From: Actinomycetota bacterium
Lineage (GTDB): Bacteria; Actinomycetota; Geothermincolia; Geothermincolales; RBG-13-55-18
Direction: 5' to 3'
Assembly: GCA_014360655.1 (NCBI GenBank)
Contig: JACIXC010000002.1
Location: 203,959 to 267,958 of the forward strand
DNA length: 64,000 nucleotides
Shown here one piece after another: positions 9,813 through 19,019 of this stretch. The position numbers and the translations under genes were made by a program. The notes under the pieces were generated by a model. The model was not told the DNA's origin. It saw nothing but the letters and a program-made list of their open reading frames with translations, and made no database searches. Each line of letters starts with the position of its first letter. Positions within the stretch are counted from its first letter, which is position 1.

Positions 9813-10903
9813 GGACGGCGGGCGGGGGCTACGAGGTCCACGTGGGGAGGGATATCCTCGCGAGCGTCCTTCCCTCCCTGCTGCGGCGCCTGGCGCCTCG
9901 GCGTGTGGCGGTGGTGAGCCACCCCGAGATCATGGAGCTCCACGGCGAACGGTTGCGGGGCATCCTGCGCGAAGCGGTGCCGGGAGAGGAGGCCACCGCG
10001 TTCTTCCTCTTCCCCGCGGGGGAGGAGGAGAAGAACCTGGGAACCCTCGAGAGGGGATACCGCGCGCTCCTGAAGGCCGACATCACCAGGGAAGACGTGC
10101 TGCTGGCCTTCGGCGGAGGGGTGGTGGGGGACCTCGCCGGCTTCCTGGCCGCCACCTACTTGAGGGGTATCCGCTACCTGCAGGTTCCCACCACCCTCAT
10201 GGCCATGGTGGACTCGAGCATAGGGGGCAAGGTGGGAGTGGACATGCCGGAGGGGAAGAACCTTGTGGGGGCATTCCACCAGCCGGCGGCAGTGCTTGCC
10301 GACGTCGCCCTGCTCGCGACCCTTCCCGGGCGGGAGTTAAGGAGCGGCCTTGCGGAGGTGGCCAAGTACGGCTTTCTCTACGAGGAGGCGATACTGGCTG
10401 AGATGGAGGGATGGAGGGAAGGCATCCCGGGCGAGGATTACGATTTCTCGAGCCTGGTGGCGGCGTGTGCCGCTCACAAAGCGAGGGTGGTCTCCGCGGA
10501 CGAGCGGGACCTCTCGGGAGAGAGGGCCCTGCTCAATTACGGGCACACCTTCGGTCATGCCCTGGAGGCGGCGACGTCCTACCGTGCGTTACGCCACGGT
10601 GAGGCGGTGGCGCTGGGCATGATAATGGCGTCCCGCCTCGCGGAGCTGGCCGGGATGGCCAGGGTGAACCTCATGGAACGGCACCTGCAGGTCCTTTCCC
10701 CGTTGCTCGGGGAGGCGCGCCTTCCCCGGGACCTAGCCGCCGACCACGTGCTGGCCCACATGCAAAGGGACAAGAAGAAAGGCGAGGCGCTGCGCTTCGT
10801 GCTCCTCGAGGAATGGCAGGTGCCCGTGCTGGTGGATTCCCCGCCCCGCGGGCTGGTGGAGCGTGCGGTAGAGGAAGTCCTGGGAGAAACGGCTCCTGCG
10901 TAG
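9794..10903 (+). CDS. aroB: 3-dehydroquinate synthase
   Basis: 369 aa with GGGVVGDLAGF, the GKN..G.FHQP motif and HTFGHALE. Overlaps the end of aroK. Confidence 0.95.
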   Translation: MEKIPVRTAGGGYEVHVGRDILASVLPSLLRRLAPRRVAVVSHPEIMELHGERLRGILREAVPGEEATAFFLFPAGEEEKNLGTLERGYRALLKADITREDVLLAFGGGVVGDLAGFLAATYLRGIRYLQVPTTLMAMVDSSIGGKVGVDMPEGKNLVGAFHQPAAVLADVALLATLPGRELRSGLAEVAKYGFLYEEAILAEMEGWREGIPGEDYDFSSLVAACAAHKARVVSADERDLSGERALLNYGHTFGHALEAATSYRALRHGEAVALGMIMASRLAELAGMARVNLMERHLQVLSPLLGEARLPRDLAADHVLAHMQRDKKKGEALRFVLLEEWQVPVLVDSPPRGLVERAVEEVLGETAPA

Positions 10904-10943
10904 GCCGACGTGGTACGTTAAGAAGAGAAGGAGGTAGCGGCGG

Positions 10944-11387
10944 ATGTCATTGATAGCCGTGGTTAACGGGCCCAACCTCAACCTGCTGGGCAGCCGTGAA
11001 CCGGGGATCTACGGCAGCCGGACCTGGGAGGAGGTGAAAGATGACCTGCAGGGGAAGGCGGAAGAACTGGGGCTCGAGCTGGAGTTCTTCCAGAGCAACC
11101 ACGAGGGCGCCATCATAGACTACCTGCAGACCCTCAAAGGACGCGCCGCGGGCCTGATCATCAATCCCGGCGCCCTAACCCATTACGGTTACTCCCTGAG
11201 GGACGCCCTGGCCGACATGGATATCCCGAAGGTTGAGGTGCATATAAGCAACATCTACGCACGGGAGGAGTGGAGGAAAACCTCGGTGGTCTCGCCCGTG
11301 GTGCGTGGCGTGATAAGCGGCCTGGGCACGCAGGGGTACATGTTGGCCCTGCAGGCCGTGGCGCGATTGCTACGATGCGTGGAGTGA
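10944..11387 (+). CDS. aroQ: Type II 3-dehydroquinate dehydratase
   Basis: 147 aa with VVNGPNLNLLGSREPGIYG, INPGALTHY and EVHISNI motifs. Confidence 0.95.
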   Translation: MSLIAVVNGPNLNLLGSREPGIYGSRTWEEVKDDLQGKAEELGLELEFFQSNHEGAIIDYLQTLKGRAAGLIINPGALTHYGYSLRDALADMDIPKVEVHISNIYAREEWRKTSVVSPVVRGVISGLGTQGYMLALQAVARLLRCVE

Positions 11388-11545
11388 CATGGGGAGGCGG
11401 CGAAGACGGGGGACAGGACAGGCGGTTTCATCGGTCCCCCGCCTATCGACGTTCGTATCGCGGGAGTGGAGAGCGCTCTCCGGAAAAGGCATTTTCCCAG
11501 GTAATCGTGTTTCGTAACATTATCGTAACATGGTTAACGGCTATT

Positions 11546-11574
11546 TTGCCGCGGGATGTACTTTTTTGTATTAA
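11546..11574 (+). promoter_or_regulatory. Candidate promoter of the minor-pilin operon
   Basis: TTGCCG (11546-11551), N17, TATTAA (11569-11574), in an AT-rich intergenic region. Direct repeat TCGTAACAT x2 lies just upstream (11512-11531). Confidence 0.3.
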
Positions 11575-11726
11575 GCTGGGGTAAAGGAAGTTCGATTAAA
11601 CGATTAACGAGGTGAAACGCAATTCGCGATGAAAGCATGTCGTAAGGCGGCGCAGGCGGACGAAAGAGGGTTGCAGGGGCATAAAGGCGGTCGCATATGA
11701 AAGGCGATTGTGCGGAAAGACGCAAA

Positions 11727-12254
11727 ATGAGCAGGGAAGATGGCTTCTCCCTCCTGGAACTGGTGGCGGTGGTGATGATATTGGGTATCTTCCTTCTCGT
11801 GGCCACGGTAAATTACGCCAATTCACGCAAGGGATTGGCGTTGAGAAGCGGAGTTGAGGAGGTCGAGAGGGCGATAACCCGATGCCGCAATATTGCCCTT
11901 CAGGAAGGCGTTGACGTTTACCTCGAGTTCTGGGATGCAGCCGGAGAACACCCCAATCAATACGCCATCTACCGGGCGTATCCGAACGGAAGCAACGAAT
12001 ACAACGATAAGGCTCCCACCGAGACCCCGACCGCAGCCTCCTCTTACACCACGGACGGCATGGGGCATTACTGGTTCAAGATAGCGGAGGGCGCCGTGGA
12101 GGTGGTGACGCCCTCCGTCTTCCTGTTCCAGAGAAGGGGGACGGCTGTGACGGTGAGCGTTGTGAGTCCCGCGGGAGGTAGTTTCCAAGTGACCTTGAGA
12201 AAGGCTGACCTGACGGGGACGGTCACCTTCAACGACCTGGGGGAGATCATCTGA
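11727..12254 (+). CDS. Prepilin-type minor pilin, GspH/FimT(FimU)-like
   Basis: Class III signal MSREDG|FSLLELVAVVMILG with Glu at +5 (the ORF-track start at 11697 is an alternative). About 170-aa mature protein with an ...NYANSRKGLALRSGVEEVERAITRCRNIALQ segment resembling the GspH/FimT family. Confidence 0.8.
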   Translation: MSREDGFSLLELVAVVMILGIFLLVATVNYANSRKGLALRSGVEEVERAITRCRNIALQEGVDVYLEFWDAAGEHPNQYAIYRAYPNGSNEYNDKAPTETPTAASSYTTDGMGHYWFKIAEGAVEVVTPSVFLFQRRGTAVTVSVVSPAGGSFQVTLRKADLTGTVTFNDLGEII

Positions 12255-12324
12255 ACATGTGGCGGGCGAAAAGGAGAGAGCGAGATACGAGAGAATACCG
12301 CACGGCGTGCAGGAGGAGGCGAGC

Positions 12325-15030
12325 ATGATGCGGCGGCTTGGGAGGGTTTTCAAAAATCTCGGTGACGACGCCGGTTTCTCCGTGGCGGAAGTCATGGTGG
12401 CCTTCATCATCCTGGCCTTGGCCCTCATACCCATGGTGAACATGTTCGATTCCGCCTTCCAGGTTTCCGCGGCGGCCACGGACATGAACCTGGCCCAGGA
12501 ATGCTTGCGGCTCTACAGCGAGCGGGTGAAGAACATCCCCTTCTATTATGCCCATTCCGCCGAGGACCAGAGCGTCAAAAAGGACGTAGACGATTTTTAC
12601 TGGGGCTCACGCTCGCCCGTCTACGACAACGGTTTCAGCGATGCGCCCTACGTGGAGATGAAGAGCAGCACGGTGGAGCCTTACAAGGGCATGAAGGTGG
12701 AGATACGCATGGCCTACCTGGACGAGGAACTGGTGAGCGGGAGGACTCTGCAGGAGGCGGCCGACCTCACTGTCCTGGACGAAAACTGGGGCCCCATGAA
12801 GATCTACGGCTACGACCGGCCCATTACCGATACGGGGAAAGCGTTGAACCTGATCCTCTACGAGGTGAGGGTGACGGTGGGCAGCGGCAGACAGTTCACC
12901 TCGACCAACCTTTACGCCTCGCCCACCGACGTGCTTGCCAACGTCTTCATAGACAAGGTGGTGAACGTGGACACGGACGCGAACAAAAAGGGGACGCGTT
13001 ACAACACCTACGGCGACTGCATCAGTGCCCCCCACACGCAGAGCAATATCAAGTTGCGCTTCTACGGCGAGGGCTTTAAGGCGCCGGATCTCGCCTCGGG
13101 GCTGGTGTCGGTGAAGCTGGTGCGCGTGGACGACAACGACATCACCCCGAGCAGCCTGGTGTACGGGGAGGATGCCTGGGGCAGATACCTCGAAGGAACG
13201 GTAACCCTCAACAGCGGGGGGGCCTCCCTGGCGCACAACCCCTGGTCGCCACGGAGGGTCGTCGGAGAATGGGATGCCTTCCTGGTGGTAAACCACGTCA
13301 TCTCCGTGCGCAACAAGGCGTTTGTGGTCGAATACCCCCTGCCGATATTCGGCGGGACCTCCGGTTTTTACGACAGCGACGGGGATCGAAAGGGATTCGA
13401 GAGAACCACCAACGAGGCGCTGTACTTCACGAACGTGGGTTATTTCACCCACATCAAGGCGCCGGAGGGACAGAACCCGGGCATCGGTGCAACCATCCAG
13501 CTCATACACACGCAACTTAATCCACAGACCAATCAGCCTGCGGACATCATCACGGGCACCAATTTCACGTTGACCACGTATACCGACCCCAAGGGCTATC
13601 AGGCATCCGGCCTCGCGGCCAGATGCAACTTCAATTTCGTAGGCCACATCGGCGGATGGTACAAGGTGCGTGTCATCAACTGCATAGACCGTGCCACGCC
13701 GAGCACGGAAGTGAAGGGCAATACCTATATCGATCTCCCCGAGAGCTTCAATTATTACCTCGAGGGACCGCCGGCTATATACGATGCCTATGTGCTGGGT
13801 TACGTGGAAGCCGATGGTTCGTTCACTCCCGTGGCGACATCGCAAAAACGCAATTTCGTATACGATGACCGGCCTTATATGTACAGGATCCGTATCATCG
13901 GCCTGAACTTCGACGAACAGGTCGCCGTCTATTTGGGAGCCGGTTCCGCCGATCCGCCGAACGGGGACAACGTGTTCGAAGCATATGACCGATACCATGT
14001 TGACGAATACACGCTGGACGTCGATTTCAATATCGCTCCAAGTGTGGCTGATGACCAGCGCGGCCTCTACTGGTTATACGCGAAAAACGCCAACGGGTTG
14101 GGAGCGGCCATGAACCCGGCATTCGATATCCGTCGCCCGGCGCCCATCATCTACGGTTACTCGGTCAACACCTACGGGCTGTGGCAGAACTACTACGATG
14201 TGCGGATGACCCTGGAGGGAGAGTGTTTCGACGACAATCCCCTCACTCCGCAAACCGATTTCGAGCTGCGCCTGAGGAAGAACACGGAACCGGCCCCCAC
14301 GGATTACCTGGTGGCCAGTGAGGCCATGGACGAGCCGGTGTCCTCGCTGTCTGGAAGGCGGGTGTCGGCCTCGCTGAACTTCATCGATTGCGACCTGGCG
14401 GAATGGGAACTCTACGGGGTCAATAGTGGCGGCGGGACGGACTCGCGCTACCAGGACGCCATACGCGGGTATGAATACCGTGCCGCTTTTGAAATAAAGC
14501 TGGGTGTTCCCGTGCTCCGAACGGCGGATGTCCCCTCCACGTCGGACCTGTATTCCTTGAAGATCAAAAGCCGTTACCAAGGTTGCGATACAGGGGGTGT
14601 GTGGACGGATTGGAGCGCATGGGACCTGAGCACGGAGGGCGAGCTGACCTATATAGATCCTATGGGACCGGTTCGCAACGCCTGGGCCTGGGAGAACGAC
14701 CCCGATCACGGAACCGTCAACCTTAGAACCAGGGGCGAGATGTATTTCGTGGAAGTCAGGGGCATGGGATTCGAAAAGGGAGGCACACTGAGCGTGCATG
14801 TGAAGAACGACAACGCACCGCCCCATACCGGCATTGACAAGCAGTGGACGGGCTTGCAGGTGAAGGCTAACCGTTCCCAGGCCAGGGTGTGGGTGGAGAT
14901 GGACGAGAGCATGAAATCTGCGAGCGGTCCGGACGAGGGCGGATTTGCGGAGATCAGGTTGCGAAACGACAGCACCGGGACCTGGCAGCCCTGGTACGTT
15001 GATCGCATAGTGTTCAAGAGGGAAGGGTAA
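12325..15030 (+). CDS. Giant modular pseudopilin (PilV/GspI position) with about 860-aa C-terminal extension
   Basis: ATG at 12325 after SD AGGAGGAGG. Prepilin motif DDAG|FSVAEVMVAFIILALAL with Glu+5. Four IPT/TIG-like strand signatures further on: IKLRFYGEGF, YRIRIIGLNF, VRMTLEGECF, YFVEVRGMGF. Confidence 0.8.
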   Translation: MMRRLGRVFKNLGDDAGFSVAEVMVAFIILALALIPMVNMFDSAFQVSAAATDMNLAQECLRLYSERVKNIPFYYAHSAEDQSVKKDVDDFYWGSRSPVYDNGFSDAPYVEMKSSTVEPYKGMKVEIRMAYLDEELVSGRTLQEAADLTVLDENWGPMKIYGYDRPITDTGKALNLILYEVRVTVGSGRQFTSTNLYASPTDVLANVFIDKVVNVDTDANKKGTRYNTYGDCISAPHTQSNIKLRFYGEGFKAPDLASGLVSVKLVRVDDNDITPSSLVYGEDAWGRYLEGTVTLNSGGASLAHNPWSPRRVVGEWDAFLVVNHVISVRNKAFVVEYPLPIFGGTSGFYDSDGDRKGFERTTNEALYFTNVGYFTHIKAPEGQNPGIGATIQLIHTQLNPQTNQPADIITGTNFTLTTYTDPKGYQASGLAARCNFNFVGHIGGWYKVRVINCIDRATPSTEVKGNTYIDLPESFNYYLEGPPAIYDAYVLGYVEADGSFTPVATSQKRNFVYDDRPYMYRIRIIGLNFDEQVAVYLGAGSADPPNGDNVFEAYDRYHVDEYTLDVDFNIAPSVADDQRGLYWLYAKNANGLGAAMNPAFDIRRPAPIIYGYSVNTYGLWQNYYDVRMTLEGECFDDNPLTPQTDFELRLRKNTEPAPTDYLVASEAMDEPVSSLSGRRVSASLNFIDCDLAEWELYGVNSGGGTDSRYQDAIRGYEYRAAFEIKLGVPVLRTADVPSTSDLYSLKIKSRYQGCDTGGVWTDWSAWDLSTEGELTYIDPMGPVRNAWAWENDPDHGTVNLRTRGEMYFVEVRGMGFEKGGTLSVHVKNDNAPPHTGIDKQWTGLQVKANRSQARVWVEMDESMKSASGPDEGGFAEIRLRNDSTGTWQPWYVDRIVFKREG

Positions 15031-15032
15031 AC

Positions 15033-15614
15033 ATGAGGCTAGTCGACTTGCCGGCACGCTGCAGCCGAATCGGTTCATGCGGGACCCACTCCGGCGAAGA
15101 GGGCTTCACCCTCGTCGAGCTCATCGTGGCCTTTTTCATCCTCTCCCTGCTGGTCTTCGCCACCTTCAACCTCCTGGACGCTCACCTGAGCGAGGGGGAG
15201 GTTGTGGTATCGAGTTCGGATATCGCGGAGGAGCTGCGCATGGCCATGGACAACATGGTGGACCAGCTGCGCACGGCAAGGACCTTTACGAGGGCCAGGA
15301 GCAGCGACCTCACCTTTCAAGGGTACGTGCTGGGGAGCAATGACCTTCAGACCGTGCGCTTTTTCCTCGACGGAGATAAGCTCAAGATGACCTGCACCGC
15401 TCTCTTCGCGGGCGATAAGGTCATAGCGAGCGGGGTGAAAAGCCTGGCTTTCGCCTATTACGACAAGGCGGATACCCAGTTGACGAACCCCGACGGCAGC
15501 CAGGCTATACGAGACAGCATAACCCAGGTGGAAATAGTGCTCACCCTGGCCAGGAGCGGCGGTGGCGTCGCGGTGGAGAAGACCGCCACCACCAGGGTGA
15601 GGATCAAGAAGTGA
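15033..15614 (+). CDS. Prepilin-type minor pilin, PilW/GspJ-like
   Basis: EEG|FTLVELIVAFFILSLLV with Glu+5. 193 aa. Starts 3 nt after the preceding stop. Confidence 0.8.
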   Translation: MRLVDLPARCSRIGSCGTHSGEEGFTLVELIVAFFILSLLVFATFNLLDAHLSEGEVVVSSSDIAEELRMAMDNMVDQLRTARTFTRARSSDLTFQGYVLGSNDLQTVRFFLDGDKLKMTCTALFAGDKVIASGVKSLAFAYYDKADTQLTNPDGSQAIRDSITQVEIVLTLARSGGGVAVEKTATTRVRIKK

Positions 15615-15670
15615 GGCGGCAAGCCGTCATGTGCCTGCGCAACGAGACGAGGAGACGGGAGTGAGGGGCC

Positions 15671-17941
15671 ATGGCTGAGAGGAAGAAAACGAAAGAGAGT
15701 CACGCGAACGTATGGCGGGGACACGGCCCTGCAGTTTCGCGGGGCGGGGACGAAGGCGGTTTCGCCATGCTCTTCGTCGTGTTCGCCATCATGGTCATCG
15801 GCATCCTCGGGGCTCTGCTCCTGCTCTACACCTCGGTGGCCCTGAGGAACGCGGTGGGCGTTACGCCCGCCTCCCGCGCGCTGGCCGCAGCGGAGACCGG
15901 GCTGGACGTGGCGCATGCGCGCCTGGCGGGGGGGAGCATCGAGGACAGCACGACCATCCCCACCTCCTACCTCTGGGACGGCAAGGGCTCCTACACGGTG
16001 ACGGTCACCAGGAACCCCGACTTCGGCGACGGGGACCCTTATGACTGGAAGATAACCTCGTACGGCGAGTACCGCGCCAACGTGGAGGGGGTGGAGAGGA
16101 CCTATTACCGCACCGTGGAGGAGGTGATCAGCTTCGCGGGCGGCAAGTATTACAACGCCCTGGATTACGTGCTGTTCTCCAAGGAGGGCAAGATAGACAT
16201 GAACATGGACGGGGATCTCAGGGCATTAAACATCACAACTTGCTCCATAAACGGTGATATCTATGCCGGGAAGGACGTGATCGTCTCCAATTCATCTTCT
16301 CTGGTGGGATCGAACAGCTTCAACCTGAACGGCGATATAATAACCGAAAAGGGTGACGTGATCATCAAAAAACGTGCCCGCTTCATAAGCAGCTCGAGCT
16401 TGAACATAAACGGCGACATATACAGCGGCGCAATGGCCTCTTCCGACAGCGATAACGGCGGTGTCCTCATCGAAAACAGGGCTTCCGCGGCGAGCGACGC
16501 AACGACGAACTTGGTAGGCAACATTCATTCGAGAGGGAAGTTAAGCGCAATATGGAACGATTCAAGCTTCACACATGGTGGAAGGGGCGTGAGCCTGTGC
16601 AACGAGATGTCGACTGGAGGCATTTTCTTTAGCCATAGCCTGAAGATCGGCATCACGGGGAACGTCTATTCGATAAGCGATGTAGTCGGAGAAAACAACA
16701 TCAGTGCGAGCCTCAGTTCGTGCAACGTCACCACCGATATCAAGGGTTCGGTCAGCAGCAAGGCGAACGTCACCCTTGACGGGAGCAGCCGGACCGGTAA
16801 TGTCGTAACCTCCCACAATATCAACGGGAGCATTTATTCAGGTAAGGACGTTACGCTTAACGTGAATGCCCATTACGGGGGCGCAGATGGTGGTATCACC
16901 GTGGGGGGGAGCGTTTATTGTGCCGGGAGATTCCAGGCATTGGCTGACAGTAATGCGGCTCTTGGTTCCTCCCGAGCCGCTGTGACAATCGACGGCAGCC
17001 TTTACGCACTGGGTAACGTGAACGTAAATTGTGATGCAGTGGGCTTAATTATTTCTAAAGCACGGTCCCATTTTTACGTGAAAGGTGGAGGCAGCGTCAT
17101 CAATCCTCCAAACCTCGCGGGGGGTTTCTCGTCCGGAGGGGAGATGACCTTACGTGCTTCGGAGTATCTTAACGCCGAGGCCATCCTGTACATGAAGCCG
17201 AACGCCAGGGACAAGACCGCAGACGGCCCGACGATACAGGAGGTGGGCGGAGGTGATGTGCAGGAAGGCACGAAGACGCCGCCGGTCTCCTTCAGCGACT
17301 CCTTGCCCGAGCCGATAGAGCCCCTTTCCTACAACGAAGTGTTGATGCCGCAGTGTGACTTCGCCTACTACGCGGAGGAGGCCAAGGCACAGATGGAGGT
17401 TGACAAAGATCCCCGCCACTATGTCACGGCGCCTCCGGGGGGCGAGTACTCGTTGACCCTCGGGGCGGACGACGTGAAATCGAGTGTATACGTCGTTTTC
17501 TGCAATGGCAACCTACTCATAAACTCGGTGACCGTTCCTGTAAACACCAAGGCCGTGTTGGTGGCAACCGGCAATATCAGGTTAAGGGAACTGTCGAGGC
17601 AGGGAGCCGGCGACGCCGAGTTCCAGATAATCGCCAAGAACAAGTTTTACTATGACGCAAGCGGCAACATGAAGATCGACGACAATGACCGGGTTTTCAT
17701 CTATGCCGCTCATGAGACCTATGACCCGACTACCGACCCGGTCAGCGTGGTCTACGAGATGGGGTGGTTCAAGAACATATACGGGCAGATCACGGCAAGG
17801 GGCGATATAGTACTCAACTCGAGCGGGTCCGCCTTCTCCTGGTTCCCGCTTGCGAATTACTCGATAACATATCGTAACCCGTCGGTGCTGGGTGAGGCGT
17901 TCCGCATCCCCTTCAAGGTGAAATCCTGGAAGGAACTGTGA
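15671..17941 (+). CDS. PilX/GspK-like pseudopilin with large beta-helix-like repeat domain
   Basis: N-terminus DEGGFAMLFVVFAIMVIGILGALLLLY resembles the PilX_N type and lacks Glu+5. About 9 repeats of (I/L)NG(D/S)IY.GKDV-type units. 756 aa. Confidence 0.7.
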   Translation: MAERKKTKESHANVWRGHGPAVSRGGDEGGFAMLFVVFAIMVIGILGALLLLYTSVALRNAVGVTPASRALAAAETGLDVAHARLAGGSIEDSTTIPTSYLWDGKGSYTVTVTRNPDFGDGDPYDWKITSYGEYRANVEGVERTYYRTVEEVISFAGGKYYNALDYVLFSKEGKIDMNMDGDLRALNITTCSINGDIYAGKDVIVSNSSSLVGSNSFNLNGDIITEKGDVIIKKRARFISSSSLNINGDIYSGAMASSDSDNGGVLIENRASAASDATTNLVGNIHSRGKLSAIWNDSSFTHGGRGVSLCNEMSTGGIFFSHSLKIGITGNVYSISDVVGENNISASLSSCNVTTDIKGSVSSKANVTLDGSSRTGNVVTSHNINGSIYSGKDVTLNVNAHYGGADGGITVGGSVYCAGRFQALADSNAALGSSRAAVTIDGSLYALGNVNVNCDAVGLIISKARSHFYVKGGGSVINPPNLAGGFSSGGEMTLRASEYLNAEAILYMKPNARDKTADGPTIQEVGGGDVQEGTKTPPVSFSDSLPEPIEPLSYNEVLMPQCDFAYYAEEAKAQMEVDKDPRHYVTAPPGGEYSLTLGADDVKSSVYVVFCNGNLLINSVTVPVNTKAVLVATGNIRLRELSRQGAGDAEFQIIAKNKFYYDASGNMKIDDNDRVFIYAAHETYDPTTDPVSVVYEMGWFKNIYGQITARGDIVLNSSGSAFSWFPLANYSITYRNPSVLGEAFRIPFKVKSWKEL

Positions 17942-17956
17942 AGAAGGACGGCGATA

Positions 17957-17989
17957 GGGGCGGCGGATGACCGCCGCCCCATATTTTTA
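17957..17989 (+). terminator. Rho-independent terminator of the minor-pilin operon
   Basis: GGGGCGGCGG-atga-CCGCCGCCCC followed by ATATTTTTA. A second hairpin, GGAGGC-ttcg-GCCTCC, follows at 17992-18007. Confidence 0.8.
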
Positions 17990-18309
17990 CGGGAGGCTTC
18001 GGCCTCCGTCTTAAACGCACTTTACGCCTGTCTTGATCCTTGCCTGGGATGCGATGGGGCTTTGAGCATTCTCGCCGGAGTTACGGTGTCGTCGTGTTCC
18101 TTGCATGATGGCGCAAGGAACGCTGCAAGAGGTACTCGCCGCCACCCGCACCCTGCATGGGCGAGAAGGATCGATCGCGAGCCGGAGAGGCGATGGGACG
18201 GCAAAACGCTCGAAAAGGCGGAAAAGAGGGAGTAGTGCAGGAGAAAGGGGGCGCGCAGAAAATATTCTATATAGGAGTCTGCAGGTATTAGCGGAAGGAG
18301 AAAGGCCGC

Positions 18310-18951
18310 ATGTTGAGAAGGGAATACGCGGGAAAGGGCGGTAAGGAGCCGGCGAAGAAGGATTTTTTCTGGTTCCTCGCGCTGGCCGGCCTCATTCTGG
18401 TAGCCTATTTCACGTTGAATCTCGCCATAAACATGGTCTACGGGGTCGACCTGGCGGGGAAGGGTGCGGTCATAGTCGTCCGGGAGCCACGCTACCAGGG
18501 AGACCAGCTCGTCGACGAGGGGGAAAGCGTGGTGCTGCACGGGGTATCCGGCTGGGTGGCGGCCTTCTCGCCCTGGCTGGCGGTGAACGCCAACCTGCTC
18601 GCCCTGGGGGTGATGCTCTTCGGGATAGGCTTCGCCCTCACGGGGAGGGACCCGGAAAAGCTGGCCGTTACGCTCTTCAAGCTGCGCATCCTCGCCTGTT
18701 ACCTGCTCGCGGTGGTGCTGCTCATGCTGGTGCTGGGCATAGACCGGGTATATTTCCTCCCCCGTGCCGAGACCGGCGGGGTCCTGGGCTGGATAGACTG
18801 GTACATCTTCGAGTTCCTGGCCCACATCGTCTGGGCCGCGATCATCGCCGCCCTTGCCGTCTTCTTCCTCCGTTACGCGGAGAAAGGGCAGGGAAAAGAC
18901 GCCAATGGCCCTCGCGCGCTGGAAGGTGACGGTCGAGAGCCTCCCGACTGA
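18310..18951 (+). CDS. Hypothetical integral membrane protein
   Basis: 213 aa, SD GGAAGGAGAAAGG upstream of the ATG, about 4 hydrophobic spans. No recognisable family. Confidence 0.55.
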   Translation: MLRREYAGKGGKEPAKKDFFWFLALAGLILVAYFTLNLAINMVYGVDLAGKGAVIVVREPRYQGDQLVDEGESVVLHGVSGWVAAFSPWLAVNANLLALGVMLFGIGFALTGRDPEKLAVTLFKLRILACYLLAVVLLMLVLGIDRVYFLPRAETGGVLGWIDWYIFEFLAHIVWAAIIAALAVFFLRYAEKGQGKDANGPRALEGDGREPPD

Positions 18952-19019
18952 GGGGGAGCGATCGGCGGCCGGCGTGGAGCAGTCGATGTGCCGGAGGAAG
19001 ATCCCGTTCGGGAGCGGTT

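Noticed and set aside
11388-11726. c-di-GMP riboswitch or sigma54 (-24/-12) promoter upstream of the pilin genes.
   Set aside because: ACGCAA and GAAA fragments occur, but the GEMM-I/II core is not recognisable. TGGTTAACGGCTATTTTGCC has the wrong GG-to-GC spacing (16 nt rather than 12 nt offset) for sigma54.
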